This document shows positions 43,702 to 52,717 of a DNA stretch of 64,000 nt, in pieces (the stretch's first letter is position 1; the number at the start of each line of letters is the position of its first letter). The stretch comes from Hadesarchaea archaeon. GTDB taxonomy: Archaea > Hadarchaeota > Hadarchaeia > Hadarchaeales > Hadarchaeaceae. Under the pieces are notes generated by a model, which did no database searches, was not told the origin of the DNA, and saw only the letters and a program-made list of their open reading frames with translations. The DNA is taken from the NCBI GenBank assembly GCA_030601675.1, contig JAUWBN010000004.1, forward strand, positions 2,113-66,112, read 5' to 3'. Made by a program: the position numbers and the translations under genes.

Positions 43702-44292
43702 ATGGGGGCGGTGGTGGGGGTGTGGGTTGAAGCATTGCTCGTGATAATCATCCTCCTGCTCCTAGGGATAATCCTCTTTTCCGGCGGCGGCATCGTCCGA
43801 AGGCGCAAACTCTCGGGGGAGGTCGATTTCCTGCGCAAGGAAGTGAAGCGATTGCTGGACGCAAACGAGGCGCTCCGCGGCAGTTTGGGTATAGGGGCGG
43901 AAAGGCGGGTGAAGCGTTTTGGAGATTTGCTCGGGTTGGTGAGGGACCTCGAGGGCCTCCGGTGTGCGATAGCCGGGTCGAGTTCCTGCCAGCTGGTGCT
44001 CACCCAGAAGTACGGCGCCGCCCCGGGCCCCGAGCTCCTCAAGCGCATCCTCGCCGCGCGGCCGGAGATGAACTCCGCGACCAAGCAGAGGCTCGCCGAC
44101 GAGTTGCTCGTGGGTGAGGTCGGTAGGGGCATCCTCCGCAACCTTGACACCGGGGTTCCTCTGGAGCGGGCCGCCAGCGATGTGGGTGTGCCCGTGATGG
44201 TTGCGCGAGGGCAGGTCAGGAGGCTACAGACCCTGGGTTATCTGGACGCCCGCATGAGGCTGACTGACCGGGGGCGGGAAGCCCTAGTTTAA
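43702..44292 (+). CDS. Membrane-anchored protein with coiled coil and C-terminal wHTH-like segment (hypothetical)
   Basis: N-terminal TM VEALLVIIILLLLGIILF, a helical region, then …VMVARGQVRRLQTLGYLDARMRLTDRGREAL resembling a MarR-like recognition helix/wing. Confidence 0.5.
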   Translation: MGAVVGVWVEALLVIIILLLLGIILFSGGGIVRRRKLSGEVDFLRKEVKRLLDANEALRGSLGIGAERRVKRFGDLLGLVRDLEGLRCAIAGSSSCQLVLTQKYGAAPGPELLKRILAARPEMNSATKQRLADELLVGEVGRGILRNLDTGVPLERAASDVGVPVMVARGQVRRLQTLGYLDARMRLTDRGREALV

Positions 44293-44349
44293 AATTTTTC
44301 ATCAACCCACTTTACCTAGAAAATTTAGGTAATACATGTCCCCGATATT

Positions 44350-45687
44350 TTAACTCAAAACTTTTTTCGTCGCCAGCCTCACCCGGTCCACGTGCCTGGG
44401 CTCGGTGATGACCCGCAGAAGGTATCGGGGGGCCTGCCGCTTCTCGACGGCGGCCGCTATGGGTGAGAGCTTAGATAATTTCTCAAGCTTCCCCTCCGCG
44501 AGCACGGGAATCTCGACCTTCGCCAGGCGGGGTTCTGAAATTATTATGTCGACGATCGGGATGTCGAGGATGACCTGACCGTGGGGTACGCCCGCCTCAT
44601 CCGCGATTTCATCCTGCAGCTCGCGGGTGCGGCGCCATCGGCCGTAGCGCCTGAGGTATCCCCGCTTCTCAGCGCTCGTTAGCTCGCGACGCTCCTCGAC
44701 GTATGCGGGCTTGAAGAGCTGGCGGTATCGGAGGCGAAGCGCGATATCTTTGGGGTATCCATCCATCGAGTAAAGTTTCTCCATCAGCTCGGCGTCCGTC
44801 ATCAGGTAAAAATTGTCCTTGGTGACCACCTCGCCCCGCTCGATTGCAAACTCAACCGCGTTCATCAGCATCATCTCGGCCGCGCGCGTGGTGTGGTGGA
44901 AGTAGACCGAGGTGTACATCAGGGCGCGCGCGGTCAGCAGCCCCTCGACCGCCTCGATTCCCTTGCTCAGGATCGCCAGGCGCCCGCGATGCACGCAGAG
45001 GGTGTCCATCAGGCGGTCGATGTCAACCATCCCGAGGGCCACGCCCGTGAAGTGGGCGTCGCGGAGCAGGAAATCCATCTGGTCGACATCGATATCACCG
45101 TAGATGAGCTGCCCGAGGTACGGCTTGCGGTGCTTCCCCAGCAACAACCGCGCGACCTCCCCCGGGTTTATGCCGTGGCGCTCGAGCACCTCGACCACGC
45201 TCGGCACCCGCAGCCCCCGAAGGTGTTTGACTTCACCCGGCGAACAAATGCTGAGCTTCCCCCGCAGGATATCCCCGGTCACCTGCATGTGGTCCTTCCC
45301 CACGTACTCCTTCGTCAGGTACTCGAGGGTGTGGGAGTAGGGGGCGTGGCCGACATCGTGGAGGGTTGCGGCGGCGAGGAGGAGGTTCAGCTCATGCCCG
45401 CGCAGCTTGAGTCCCTCGTTCATCCGCTTCAGGAGGTATGCGACGCCGAGGGCATGCTCGAAGCGGGAATGATTTGCACCCGGGAACGCGAGGTTGGCGA
45501 GGCCGAGCTGCCGGATGCTTCGAAGGCGCTGGACCTCTGGGGTGTCGACGAGCTCGAGGACGAGGCCGCTCAGGCGCATGCTGCCGTGCACCGGGTCGTG
45601 AATCGTCTTCTCCTCGAGCGCCATGCTCTCAACCAAGCTTGGGTGTGCGTCGGTGGTTAAAAAACCGCCACCAATTTCCGTTTTCAT
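44350..45687 (-). CDS. HD-domain phosphohydrolase (COG1078/SAMHD1-like)
   Basis: SRFEHALGVAYL…AATLHDVGHAPYSH…DVDQMDFLLRDAHFTGV motifs. Confidence 0.85.
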   Translation of the reverse strand: MKTEIGGGFLTTDAHPSLVESMALEEKTIHDPVHGSMRLSGLVLELVDTPEVQRLRSIRQLGLANLAFPGANHSRFEHALGVAYLLKRMNEGLKLRGHELNLLLAAATLHDVGHAPYSHTLEYLTKEYVGKDHMQVTGDILRGKLSICSPGEVKHLRGLRVPSVVEVLERHGINPGEVARLLLGKHRKPYLGQLIYGDIDVDQMDFLLRDAHFTGVALGMVDIDRLMDTLCVHRGRLAILSKGIEAVEGLLTARALMYTSVYFHHTTRAAEMMLMNAVEFAIERGEVVTKDNFYLMTDAELMEKLYSMDGYPKDIALRLRYRQLFKPAYVEERRELTSAEKRGYLRRYGRWRRTRELQDEIADEAGVPHGQVILDIPIVDIIISEPRLAKVEIPVLAEGKLEKLSKLSPIAAAVEKRQAPRYLLRVITEPRHVDRVRLATKKVLS

Positions 45688-46454
45688 TTCCTGAAAAAGT
45701 GGGTGTAGAACAGGAGCATCGCCGGCAGGAAGCCGAGGAGGAACCCAAGCTCGTGGGCCAGCACGTCGACCCCCGGTCCAGAGCTGAAGAAGGTCCCCGG
45801 GTCCAGAACCAGCTGGGACAGGAAAACAACCACGACTCCTATGGAGACCATGGACACGATGAATGTTTTTTCGAATTTTAGGACGAGCTTCAGTCTTCGC
45901 CGGATTTTCCGGGGTTTACGCCTCCGCTTGGCAACCGCCCTACGAAGGGCAGTCAGGTTGGAGGGGAGGTTGCACAGGGCGCACGCCAGCAGTACCCCCA
46001 TAGCGGCATAGACCACCCCCGATGCGCCACACGAATTATACGACACGCCGGCCATCCCCCACGCCCCGAACTCGATGGCGTTCGCCGCGATGCCCGCGAG
46101 AAAGACCGCCCCGAGGAAAAACCTGCTCCACCGTCTCCTCGCTTCCGCGCCGCTGAGCAGGTTCACGGTCACGAAGAGAGCGCTCCAGATCGTGAAGAAG
46201 AGCAGGTTGCCGGCGAGGTGATCGAGCTCCTGGTGGACGAACATCGAGGTCAGGATGCCCCAGGGGCGGTCGGCGGAGAGCCACAGGTTCTCGAGCAGCG
46301 GGGGGTGCAGGGTGATCAGGAGGTAGAGGGCAAGGTTCAGGAGGAAAAATATGATGAAGGCTAGTCCGACGCTACGGAAGCCAATCAACCGTTTTCTTAT
46401 CGATTTTGTTCCAGTTGCTATGTTGCTCATCACGATCATGCTCCTGTTACACAA
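45684..46454 (-). CDS. Rhomboid-like membrane protein
   Basis: MFVHQELDHLAGNLLFF, CGASGVVYAAMG (GxSG) and a late AHELGFLLG His motif. 4-nt overlap with the HD gene. Confidence 0.65.
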   Translation of the reverse strand: MCNRSMIVMSNIATGTKSIRKRLIGFRSVGLAFIIFFLLNLALYLLITLHPPLLENLWLSADRPWGILTSMFVHQELDHLAGNLLFFTIWSALFVTVNLLSGAEARRRWSRFFLGAVFLAGIAANAIEFGAWGMAGVSYNSCGASGVVYAAMGVLLACALCNLPSNLTALRRAVAKRRRKPRKIRRRLKLVLKFEKTFIVSMVSIGVVVVFLSQLVLDPGTFFSSGPGVDVLAHELGFLLGFLPAMLLFYTHFFRK

Positions 46455-46601
46455 ACAAAAAAGTAGAACCGACTAATAAATCTAAAAAAGTTTGGAAAAT
46501 TTAGGAAAATTTTGTCCATTCCTCCAACTTTTCAGGATTTTTTCCTATTATAAAGAACCCCCAATCACCTGATATTTAATGGCGCAAAATAATCTAGGTT
46601 G

Positions 46602-48197
46602 ATGTCAATGTTGGCCCAGTTTAAGATCGAGAGATTGAAACACAACGGAGTGCTCGTCCCGATCTACGAATTCCAAGGCTTCACCATCTCCCACAAGGAC
46701 AAGCGAATCAAATTGACCCCGGAGCAGGAGGAGATGGCGGTCTCGTGGGTCAAGAAGCTGGGGACTGACTACGTGGAGGACCCGGTCTTCGTCAGAAACT
46801 TCGCCGGTGACTTCTCGAAGGCCCTGGGCCTCGAAACCCCAGCCAAGATGGAGGACTTCGATTTCCCGGAGATCATCCGATGGGTGGAGGCCGAAAAAGC
46901 GAAAAGGGAGGCGATGTCGCGCGAGGAGAGGAAAAATCTCGCCGAGGTCAGGAAAAAAGCCAGGGAGGAGAACAAGCAGAGATATGGGTATGCCGAGGTG
47001 AACGGCGAGGTCATCGAGATCGGCAGCTACACCGTAGAACCTCCCTCGATATTTATGGGGCGTGGGAAGCACCCGCTCCGAGGCCGGTGGAAACCGAGGG
47101 TCAATTATGAAGACATTATCCTGAACCTGTCACCCGATGCCCCAACCCCGGAACCTTCAAGCGGTGGACACTGGAAGGAAAAGGTCTTCGATCCGCATGC
47201 CCTCTGGATAGCCAAGTGGCAGGACAAGCTCAGCGGGGAGCTCAAGTATCTATGGATAGCCGACACCGCGCGCTTCAAGCAGGAGCGCGAGATCGAAAAG
47301 TTCAACAGGGCGCGCGAGCTGGAGGGGCTCGTCGGGAGGGTTCGGCAGCACATCGAGGGGAACCTGGCCTCGGAGGAAATCGCCCGGCGCAAAATAGCGA
47401 CAGTGTCTTACCTGATCGACAACCTGAAGCTCAGGGTCGGTGACGAGAAGGACAAGGACGAGGCCGATACCATTGGGGCCACGACCCTGAGGGGCTCGCA
47501 CATCAAGATAGACGGCTCCGAGCTTGTGAAATTTGACTTTCTGGGCAAGGACTCGGTGCGATGGCGCATGACCATCAAGCCGCCGACCCAAGTCGTGAAT
47601 AACCTGAGGTCCTTCATCGAGAAGCCCAGGGCGCCCATTTTCTCGGGGGTCCGCTCGGAGCACGTGAACGCTTTTTTGGGCCAAGTCATGCCCGGGCTCA
47701 CGGCCAAGGTCTTCAGGACCTATCACGCCTCGAAGGTCGTCAGGGAGTACCTGGCGGGTTCCAAAGTTCGGCCGGAAGCCCAGGATTTCGAGAAGAATTA
47801 TGTGGCCAAGCTCGCGAACCTCGAGGCGGCGATCACCTGCCACCACAAGCGGAAGCTCCCGGAGAACTGGAAGGAATCCCTCGGGAAAAAGGTGGACCGC
47901 CTGAAGGCCTTGGAGGCGAAGCTGAAGGAGGTCAGGGGAAGGCCCCGCTCCCGCGCGCGCGCAAGGCGGATAAAGAGCCTCCGAAGGCGGGTAAGGGCTG
48001 CTAGGCTTAAGGTGAAGCTGGCAAGGGCCACGCGCAACTACAACCTCGGGACATCGCTCAAATCTTACATCGACCCGCGCCTCTACGTCGGGTGGGCGGA
48101 GGAGGTTTCATACGACTGGAAAAAGATCTACCCCAAGGCCCTCCAGCGGAAGTTCGCTTGGGCTGAGGATGTCCGGGAGACGGTATTCAAACGGTAA
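46602..48197 (+). CDS. Eukaryote-type DNA topoisomerase IB
   Basis: All catalytic-pentad contexts of human Top1 are recognisable: IGATTLRGSHI (Arg), FDFLGKDSVRW (Lys), TAKVFRTYHAS (Arg), CHHKR (His) and LGTSLKSYIDPRLYVGW (active-site Tyr). Confidence 0.92.
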   Translation: MSMLAQFKIERLKHNGVLVPIYEFQGFTISHKDKRIKLTPEQEEMAVSWVKKLGTDYVEDPVFVRNFAGDFSKALGLETPAKMEDFDFPEIIRWVEAEKAKREAMSREERKNLAEVRKKAREENKQRYGYAEVNGEVIEIGSYTVEPPSIFMGRGKHPLRGRWKPRVNYEDIILNLSPDAPTPEPSSGGHWKEKVFDPHALWIAKWQDKLSGELKYLWIADTARFKQEREIEKFNRARELEGLVGRVRQHIEGNLASEEIARRKIATVSYLIDNLKLRVGDEKDKDEADTIGATTLRGSHIKIDGSELVKFDFLGKDSVRWRMTIKPPTQVVNNLRSFIEKPRAPIFSGVRSEHVNAFLGQVMPGLTAKVFRTYHASKVVREYLAGSKVRPEAQDFEKNYVAKLANLEAAITCHHKRKLPENWKESLGKKVDRLKALEAKLKEVRGRPRSRARARRIKSLRRRVRAARLKVKLARATRNYNLGTSLKSYIDPRLYVGWAEEVSYDWKKIYPKALQRKFAWAEDVRETVFKR

Positions 48198-48289
48198 ACC
48201 GATTTTGGGGGGCGTCATTTTTGTTGGTTTTTAGAATTTTTCAATATTATCAAAAGTATGTTTAACGATTTACTTTAGCCCCTGGGTGG

Positions 48290-49249
48290 CTATCCGCGGT
48301 GTTTAACGGCCCTTGCGTGCTTCTCGCGTCCGACCTCCTCGAGGTAGCGGCGCAGGGTCTCCCTTCGAATGTACCAGCGACCCCCTCGCTTGACCGCGTC
48401 GATCCTACCCTTCCGCGCGAGCAGCCCCCAATATTCGACGCTGAATGGCGTTTCCCTCGCCGCCTCGGCTAGGGGGATGAATGTCGTTTCCGGCGTTGCA
48501 GCTTCGATTGCGGCGAGGTATAAATCGAGGGATTGCTCGACGCAGCGCCCGATGAAGTTGACGAAGGGGCGGGGGGCGCCGAAGTGGGCCCGCTCCAATG
48601 AATCGTAGTAGCGCCCCCGCTCCTCTCGACGGACGTAAGCGATGGGGTAGCCATGGTGCAGGAGAAAGAGGTTCATCAGGAGCCTGGCGACGCGGCCGTT
48701 GCCGTCGACGAATGGATGAACGTGGACGAGCTTGAAGTGCGCCAGCCCGGCCAGCTCAACCGGCCGCAGCTCCTCCGGGTTGCCGTTCAGCCAGCCGATG
48801 TATTCAGTCATGAGGAAGGGAACCTCGTAGGGTGGCGGGGGCCTGTAACGGCTGCCCGTGATCGCGACCTGCCCGCGACGATAGGCTCCCGGCTCGGCCT
48901 CCCCGATTCCCTTCATCGCGACGCCATGGAGGTATAGGATGTCCTTTTCGCTGGTCGGCTTCTTGCCTTGAGCGAGGCGCTCGATGAACTCGATGGCCTT
49001 GGGGTGGTTGATTGCCTCGAGGTGGTAGCGGAGGGGCTTCCCCTTGACGGTGATTCCCTCCTGGATCACCAGCTGGGTCTCCCGAAGGGTCAGGGTGTTT
49101 CCCTCGATGACGTTCGTGTGGTAGGTGTACTCGATCACGAACTGCTCGCGGAGCTTCTCCAGCATCTCGGTGGAGAGGGGGCGGTGCACATCCAGCCTGC
49201 GCTTCTTCTCCAGCAGCCTTTGGTGCAGGCGCTCGCTTAACTGAACCAT
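48290..49249 (-). CDS. Fic/Fido-domain protein (class II, intramolecular inhibitory motif) with C-terminal DNA-binding-like tail
   Basis: Fic motif HPFVDGNGRVARLLMN. N-terminal TNVIEGN matches the [ST]xxxE[GN] inhibitory helix. C-terminus …GGRWYIRRETLRRYLEEV resembles excisionase/MerR-type HTH proteins. Confidence 0.88.
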   Translation of the reverse strand: MVQLSERLHQRLLEKKRRLDVHRPLSTEMLEKLREQFVIEYTYHTNVIEGNTLTLRETQLVIQEGITVKGKPLRYHLEAINHPKAIEFIERLAQGKKPTSEKDILYLHGVAMKGIGEAEPGAYRRGQVAITGSRYRPPPPYEVPFLMTEYIGWLNGNPEELRPVELAGLAHFKLVHVHPFVDGNGRVARLLMNLFLLHHGYPIAYVRREERGRYYDSLERAHFGAPRPFVNFIGRCVEQSLDLYLAAIEAATPETTFIPLAEAARETPFSVEYWGLLARKGRIDAVKRGGRWYIRRETLRRYLEEVGREKHARAVKHRG

Positions 49250-49483
49250 ATCGATTCCATATTTTTATAGATAAACCGATACTTAAAAATATCGTTTTTA
49301 AGGGGTAGGAGCTCACGTTGGGGGGCTGGTAGACCTGACCTGGGGCCGGGCACCATCAGTGTGCGGGCTGCCACGGGCCGCTGAGCGCGCAGGAGCGCTC
49401 GGAGGGGGCGGAGCCCTGCTCGAACTGCGAGCTCGAGGAGACGGGGACGAAAAGGTCAAATTTCTAATTACCAGTTAAAGCTT

Positions 49484-49732
49484 TCATCGCCGCAATATCG
49501 CAGCAAACAAAATACATACCGCTCCTAATAAAATGGCGATTTTTACAAATTCAAGTGCAAACCTCACATTTTGAATTACTTGATGCGCCAGCGGATTTGA
49601 TGCTACTTGGTCCTGAAGGGTTTCTACGGTACTCTCTGCTACATCTGTCTCGCTGGGAATGTTCAGCACTATCCCCATAACCAGAACGATTAGCACGGAT
49701 ATCGCGCTGATTTCAGCTTTCATGGTTATCAT
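49484..49732 (-). CDS. Small two-TM membrane protein (hypothetical)
   Basis: 82-aa ORF in AT-rich DNA. Hydrophobic N- and C-termini. Confidence 0.4.
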   Translation of the reverse strand: MITMKAEISAISVLIVLVMGIVLNIPSETDVAESTVETLQDQVASNPLAHQVIQNVRFALEFVKIAILLGAVCILFAAILRR

Positions 49733-49782
49733 CAGTCATAATTTTTACAAAACCAGCTATTTAAGCATTTAAAGCATTTAGA

Positions 49783-49886
49783 ACTTCTTCAAAAACTCCT
49801 CGATTACCCCCGATTCTTGGCATCCAACCCGTAGAGCTCGTACACCAGCTCGTCGATTTCCCGCTCCAGCCCCCCGGCCCTAATTC
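49783..49886 (-). pseudogene. Remnant of the C-terminus of a GC-rich type IIG/N6-MTase homologue
   Basis: My translation is …GGLEREIDELVYELYGLDAKNRG*. After a 1-nt shift in a G-run it continues VIEEFLKKF*. Compare the C-terminus of the intact 884-aa enzyme, AEIDKLVYKLYVTEPEEKIIEESLR. Confidence 0.5.
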
Positions 49887-49949
49887 AACGCCAAACACCC
49901 TTATGAGTGCTCATGGAATTTTATTTTTCTTCTTTTAGACAGTTTAAAT

Positions 49950-52604
49950 TTATCTCAAGCTTTCCTCAATAATTTTCTCTTCAGGTTCAGTTACATACAA
50001 CTTATAGACCAATTTGTCGATCTCCGCATCTGTTTTCTTGATTTCTTCTTCTATTCTCATCCTTTCATCAGTCTTCTTGTCGCCGATTTCGTTGAGGCGC
50101 TTGTTCAAAGAAAAAATTTTGCGAGCATGAGCAATTACTTTTTTGTACTCTGGTTTTCCTTTATAATCACATAGGGGCATTTTTGAGATGTGATACTTGT
50201 CTAATCTCATTGTTCTAATAGCTTTGGCGTATATGAATCTATAAGCATACCAAGACATTAATTTAGAATTTAATAATGCCACTAAGAATAATTTGTCAAT
50301 CTTATCGCCTTTTACGAATATACAACCAACATTATCTAATGCAAGCAGTCTCTTTTCGTCAATAGTAGCCATGATTATAATATGATCCCTTGGTTTAGTT
50401 ATATGAGCAACGATATTCTGTATTACTATTTTTGGTTGTAATAAGTAGTTCGCTTTTGTTTCAATTTTTTTAAAATCACCTTTTGTCACATACTCCTTAA
50501 TTTCTTTAATTAAATATCTCCCTATACTTTTTCCACGCAATACTGGAATTTCACCTCCTTCTTTTTTCAAGAAATGTTGAATTATTAAGCCTCTTTTTAT
50601 GGTAGCTACATCTGAGATATAGTTACCTGTGTTAATTTTAATTGCTAAAGCTAATTCCTCATCGGAAACATCATTAATCAGGTTACCAAACTTGTCAATA
50701 AGTGATTTTTCTACTTCTATGGGTTTTTGTTTTGAATCAATAAAATCGATCAAATACTTTTTTTGATTAGAATTCTTTTTTATAATTATTATAATTTGTT
50801 CTAGAAGAACATCTTTAAACGCCTTGCTAACATCAACTACGGATACCAAATCATTTCTTATAAATTCTCTGCAAGCAGCCCATTTTTGGCTGTAAATCAA
50901 CGGTTTTGGTACAATTAATCCCAAGTAGCCATTTTTCTTCAATAAGTTATAAGCCCTGTTTATGAATGCAATGGCAGTATCTGTATTATTTTTTGTAGCT
51001 GGATAATTATTTAACAAAAATTTTCTTTCTTTATCATTTAATTTGGCACCATAGGGCGGATTCCCAATCACAACATCAAAACCGCCTTCGTCCATTATTT
51101 GCTTGAATTCTTGTTCCCATTTGAAAGCCTTGTTCCCTGCGACTTTTTTATCATCAATCAAAGAATTACCGCATTTTACATTCTGCCGTAGCAAAGGCAA
51201 TCTCCGTCTTTTCTCTGTAATTCTTAATAAAAGACTGAGCTGAGCAATTTCTACCGCTTTCGTGTCCAAATCAACGCCAAAAATGTTGTTCTGCAAAATC
51301 TTCACTTTTTTTGTGAAGGGTAATCCCATTTCCAAATCGAGCTGTGTTTGGCCATAGTCTTTATCCGTCTTGCTATGGAATTCGTTCAGAATATCAAGGG
51401 CCTTTATCAAGAATGAACCAGAACCACAAGCAGGATCTAAGACCCTAATTTTTTCAACATCTACCTTTTTGTCTTTAAGCAATTCGCCTAAAGTGTTTCT
51501 TACGATGTAATCAACAATGTAAGTGGGTGTGTAGTAAATCCCCTGTTCTTTGCGTCGGGCATACTTTTCTTTCAGAACGGCCCGCTTCGCTGTCTTCTTT
51601 AGAATGTAGCCCAAGTACTGCTCATACACATTACCGAGAACATCAGCATCTAGCGCGGAAAAATCATACTTTATTGTCTTATCTTTTGTGTGGTCAAGGC
51701 CGTTTATTATTTCTTCAAGAACTTGGTTACTTACATCCAAATCATCGCATAAATGACGTCGAAACAGCTTGCCATTGTACTCCACATCAAAATGGTTGAA
51801 AACATCAATTATTCGTTCGGCGAGTGTGCCTTTGCGTTTGCTTTTCCATTCCCGCATCGCAGATAACAATTTTGGTGGCTCTAGTTCTCTATCTTCACAG
51901 TTTCTAATGAAAATTAGTCTGTCTATAATTCTCTGAACAGCCTCGTCCAATTCCTCCTCGGTGAGACGCTTGTCTTTGTTTCGCTCTAGAATATCCTTGG
52001 AGAGCTTGGCCCGCCATGTAGTCAAATCGTTGAGCAACTGTTCGCTTACAGGGGTTTTCTTAGTTTTTTTACCCCACTTTACAGCTTCTTTGTCTAATAA
52101 GCCCTGTTCAAAACCTTCTTTAGACAAAAGCCATAACTCCTCAAATCTGTCTAAAAATTCTTGACGAGAGATAGTTATCGGACGACTTTGAGACGGGTCG
52201 GTGGTTTTCCACTCTGCATTAAATATTTTTACGCCTTGATCAAAATCAGTAAGAACAGCCCAAGTGCAGCCCTTGTGCCAAGCATAATTTATTGCTTGTT
52301 CTGCAAACTCGGGATCATCCAAGTCCGCTTTTAGTGCCTTTGCTTCAAGAAAGAATTTTGGGATTCCGTTAATTCTAAAACCGTAATCAACCCTCCCTTT
52401 TGATATTGTTTCTTCTCTGGTAACTTCATCGCGATTACGTACATCCCAACCCAAAGCTTCAAACAAAGGTTCTATAAATTCAGCTTTGGTATCCGCCTCG
52501 GTATACTTGCTGAATTTTTTCTCTTCGACAACTTTATCGTATTTCTCAAGAAGTCCCTTTATCTTCTGTTTGGCGTCTTCCTTGTTCACCATAGTTTGCC
52601 CCAT
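49950..52604 (-). CDS. Type IIG restriction-modification enzyme (PD-(D/E)xK nuclease plus N6-adenine DNA methyltransferase plus specificity region)
   Basis: N-terminal HSDR_N-like nuclease (GRVDYGF…FFLEAKAL). MTase motif I VLDPACGSGSFL and motif IV VIGNPPYG. TaqI-C-like target-recognition region. The gene is strongly AT-rich relative to the window. Confidence 0.88.
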   Translation of the reverse strand: MGQTMVNKEDAKQKIKGLLEKYDKVVEEKKFSKYTEADTKAEFIEPLFEALGWDVRNRDEVTREETISKGRVDYGFRINGIPKFFLEAKALKADLDDPEFAEQAINYAWHKGCTWAVLTDFDQGVKIFNAEWKTTDPSQSRPITISRQEFLDRFEELWLLSKEGFEQGLLDKEAVKWGKKTKKTPVSEQLLNDLTTWRAKLSKDILERNKDKRLTEEELDEAVQRIIDRLIFIRNCEDRELEPPKLLSAMREWKSKRKGTLAERIIDVFNHFDVEYNGKLFRRHLCDDLDVSNQVLEEIINGLDHTKDKTIKYDFSALDADVLGNVYEQYLGYILKKTAKRAVLKEKYARRKEQGIYYTPTYIVDYIVRNTLGELLKDKKVDVEKIRVLDPACGSGSFLIKALDILNEFHSKTDKDYGQTQLDLEMGLPFTKKVKILQNNIFGVDLDTKAVEIAQLSLLLRITEKRRRLPLLRQNVKCGNSLIDDKKVAGNKAFKWEQEFKQIMDEGGFDVVIGNPPYGAKLNDKERKFLLNNYPATKNNTDTAIAFINRAYNLLKKNGYLGLIVPKPLIYSQKWAACREFIRNDLVSVVDVSKAFKDVLLEQIIIIIKKNSNQKKYLIDFIDSKQKPIEVEKSLIDKFGNLINDVSDEELALAIKINTGNYISDVATIKRGLIIQHFLKKEGGEIPVLRGKSIGRYLIKEIKEYVTKGDFKKIETKANYLLQPKIVIQNIVAHITKPRDHIIIMATIDEKRLLALDNVGCIFVKGDKIDKLFLVALLNSKLMSWYAYRFIYAKAIRTMRLDKYHISKMPLCDYKGKPEYKKVIAHARKIFSLNKRLNEIGDKKTDERMRIEEEIKKTDAEIDKLVYKLYVTEPEEKIIEESLR

Positions 52605-52617
52605 TTATGAGATTTGG
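52539..52617. repeat. Direct repeat copy A (5' end plus leader of the type IIG gene)
   Basis: GTATTTCTCAAGAAGTCCCTTTATCTTCTGTTTGGCGTCTTCCTTGTTCACCATAGTTTGCCCCATTTATGAGATTTGG aligns with 53695-53773. Most positions are identical by eye, with one 1-nt indel. Confidence 0.7.
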
Positions 52618-52717
52618 AATTTTTAGGTATTAAACTGCTCTATTTCGTAAAGTCTAATCCTCGAACGATTTTTTGCGTAGGAAACTAATTATATTGCAAA
52701 ACCTATTAGACTAAACT

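Noticed and set aside
43608-44150. N-terminal 180-aa extension of the 594-aa track ORF containing thrC
   Set aside because: Threonine synthase homology begins at the zinc ribbon, just after GTG 43607. The extension is Ser/Arg/Pro-rich low complexity. It is overlapped by a plus-strand ORF with a TM helix and an HTH-like tail.
44893-45660. 255-aa plus-strand ORF
   Set aside because: It is antisense to the HD-domain gene (HD…HDVGH…DxD motifs on the minus strand). It is a shadow ORF.
49316-49467. Start-less GC-rich frame encoding …HHQCAGCHGPLSAQERSEGAEPCSNCELEETGTKRSNF* (CxxC…CxxC) between Fic and the AT-rich island
   Set aside because: Only about 40 codons are open after an in-frame stop, with no start codon. 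It may be another gene remnant, but the evidence is too thin to annotate.
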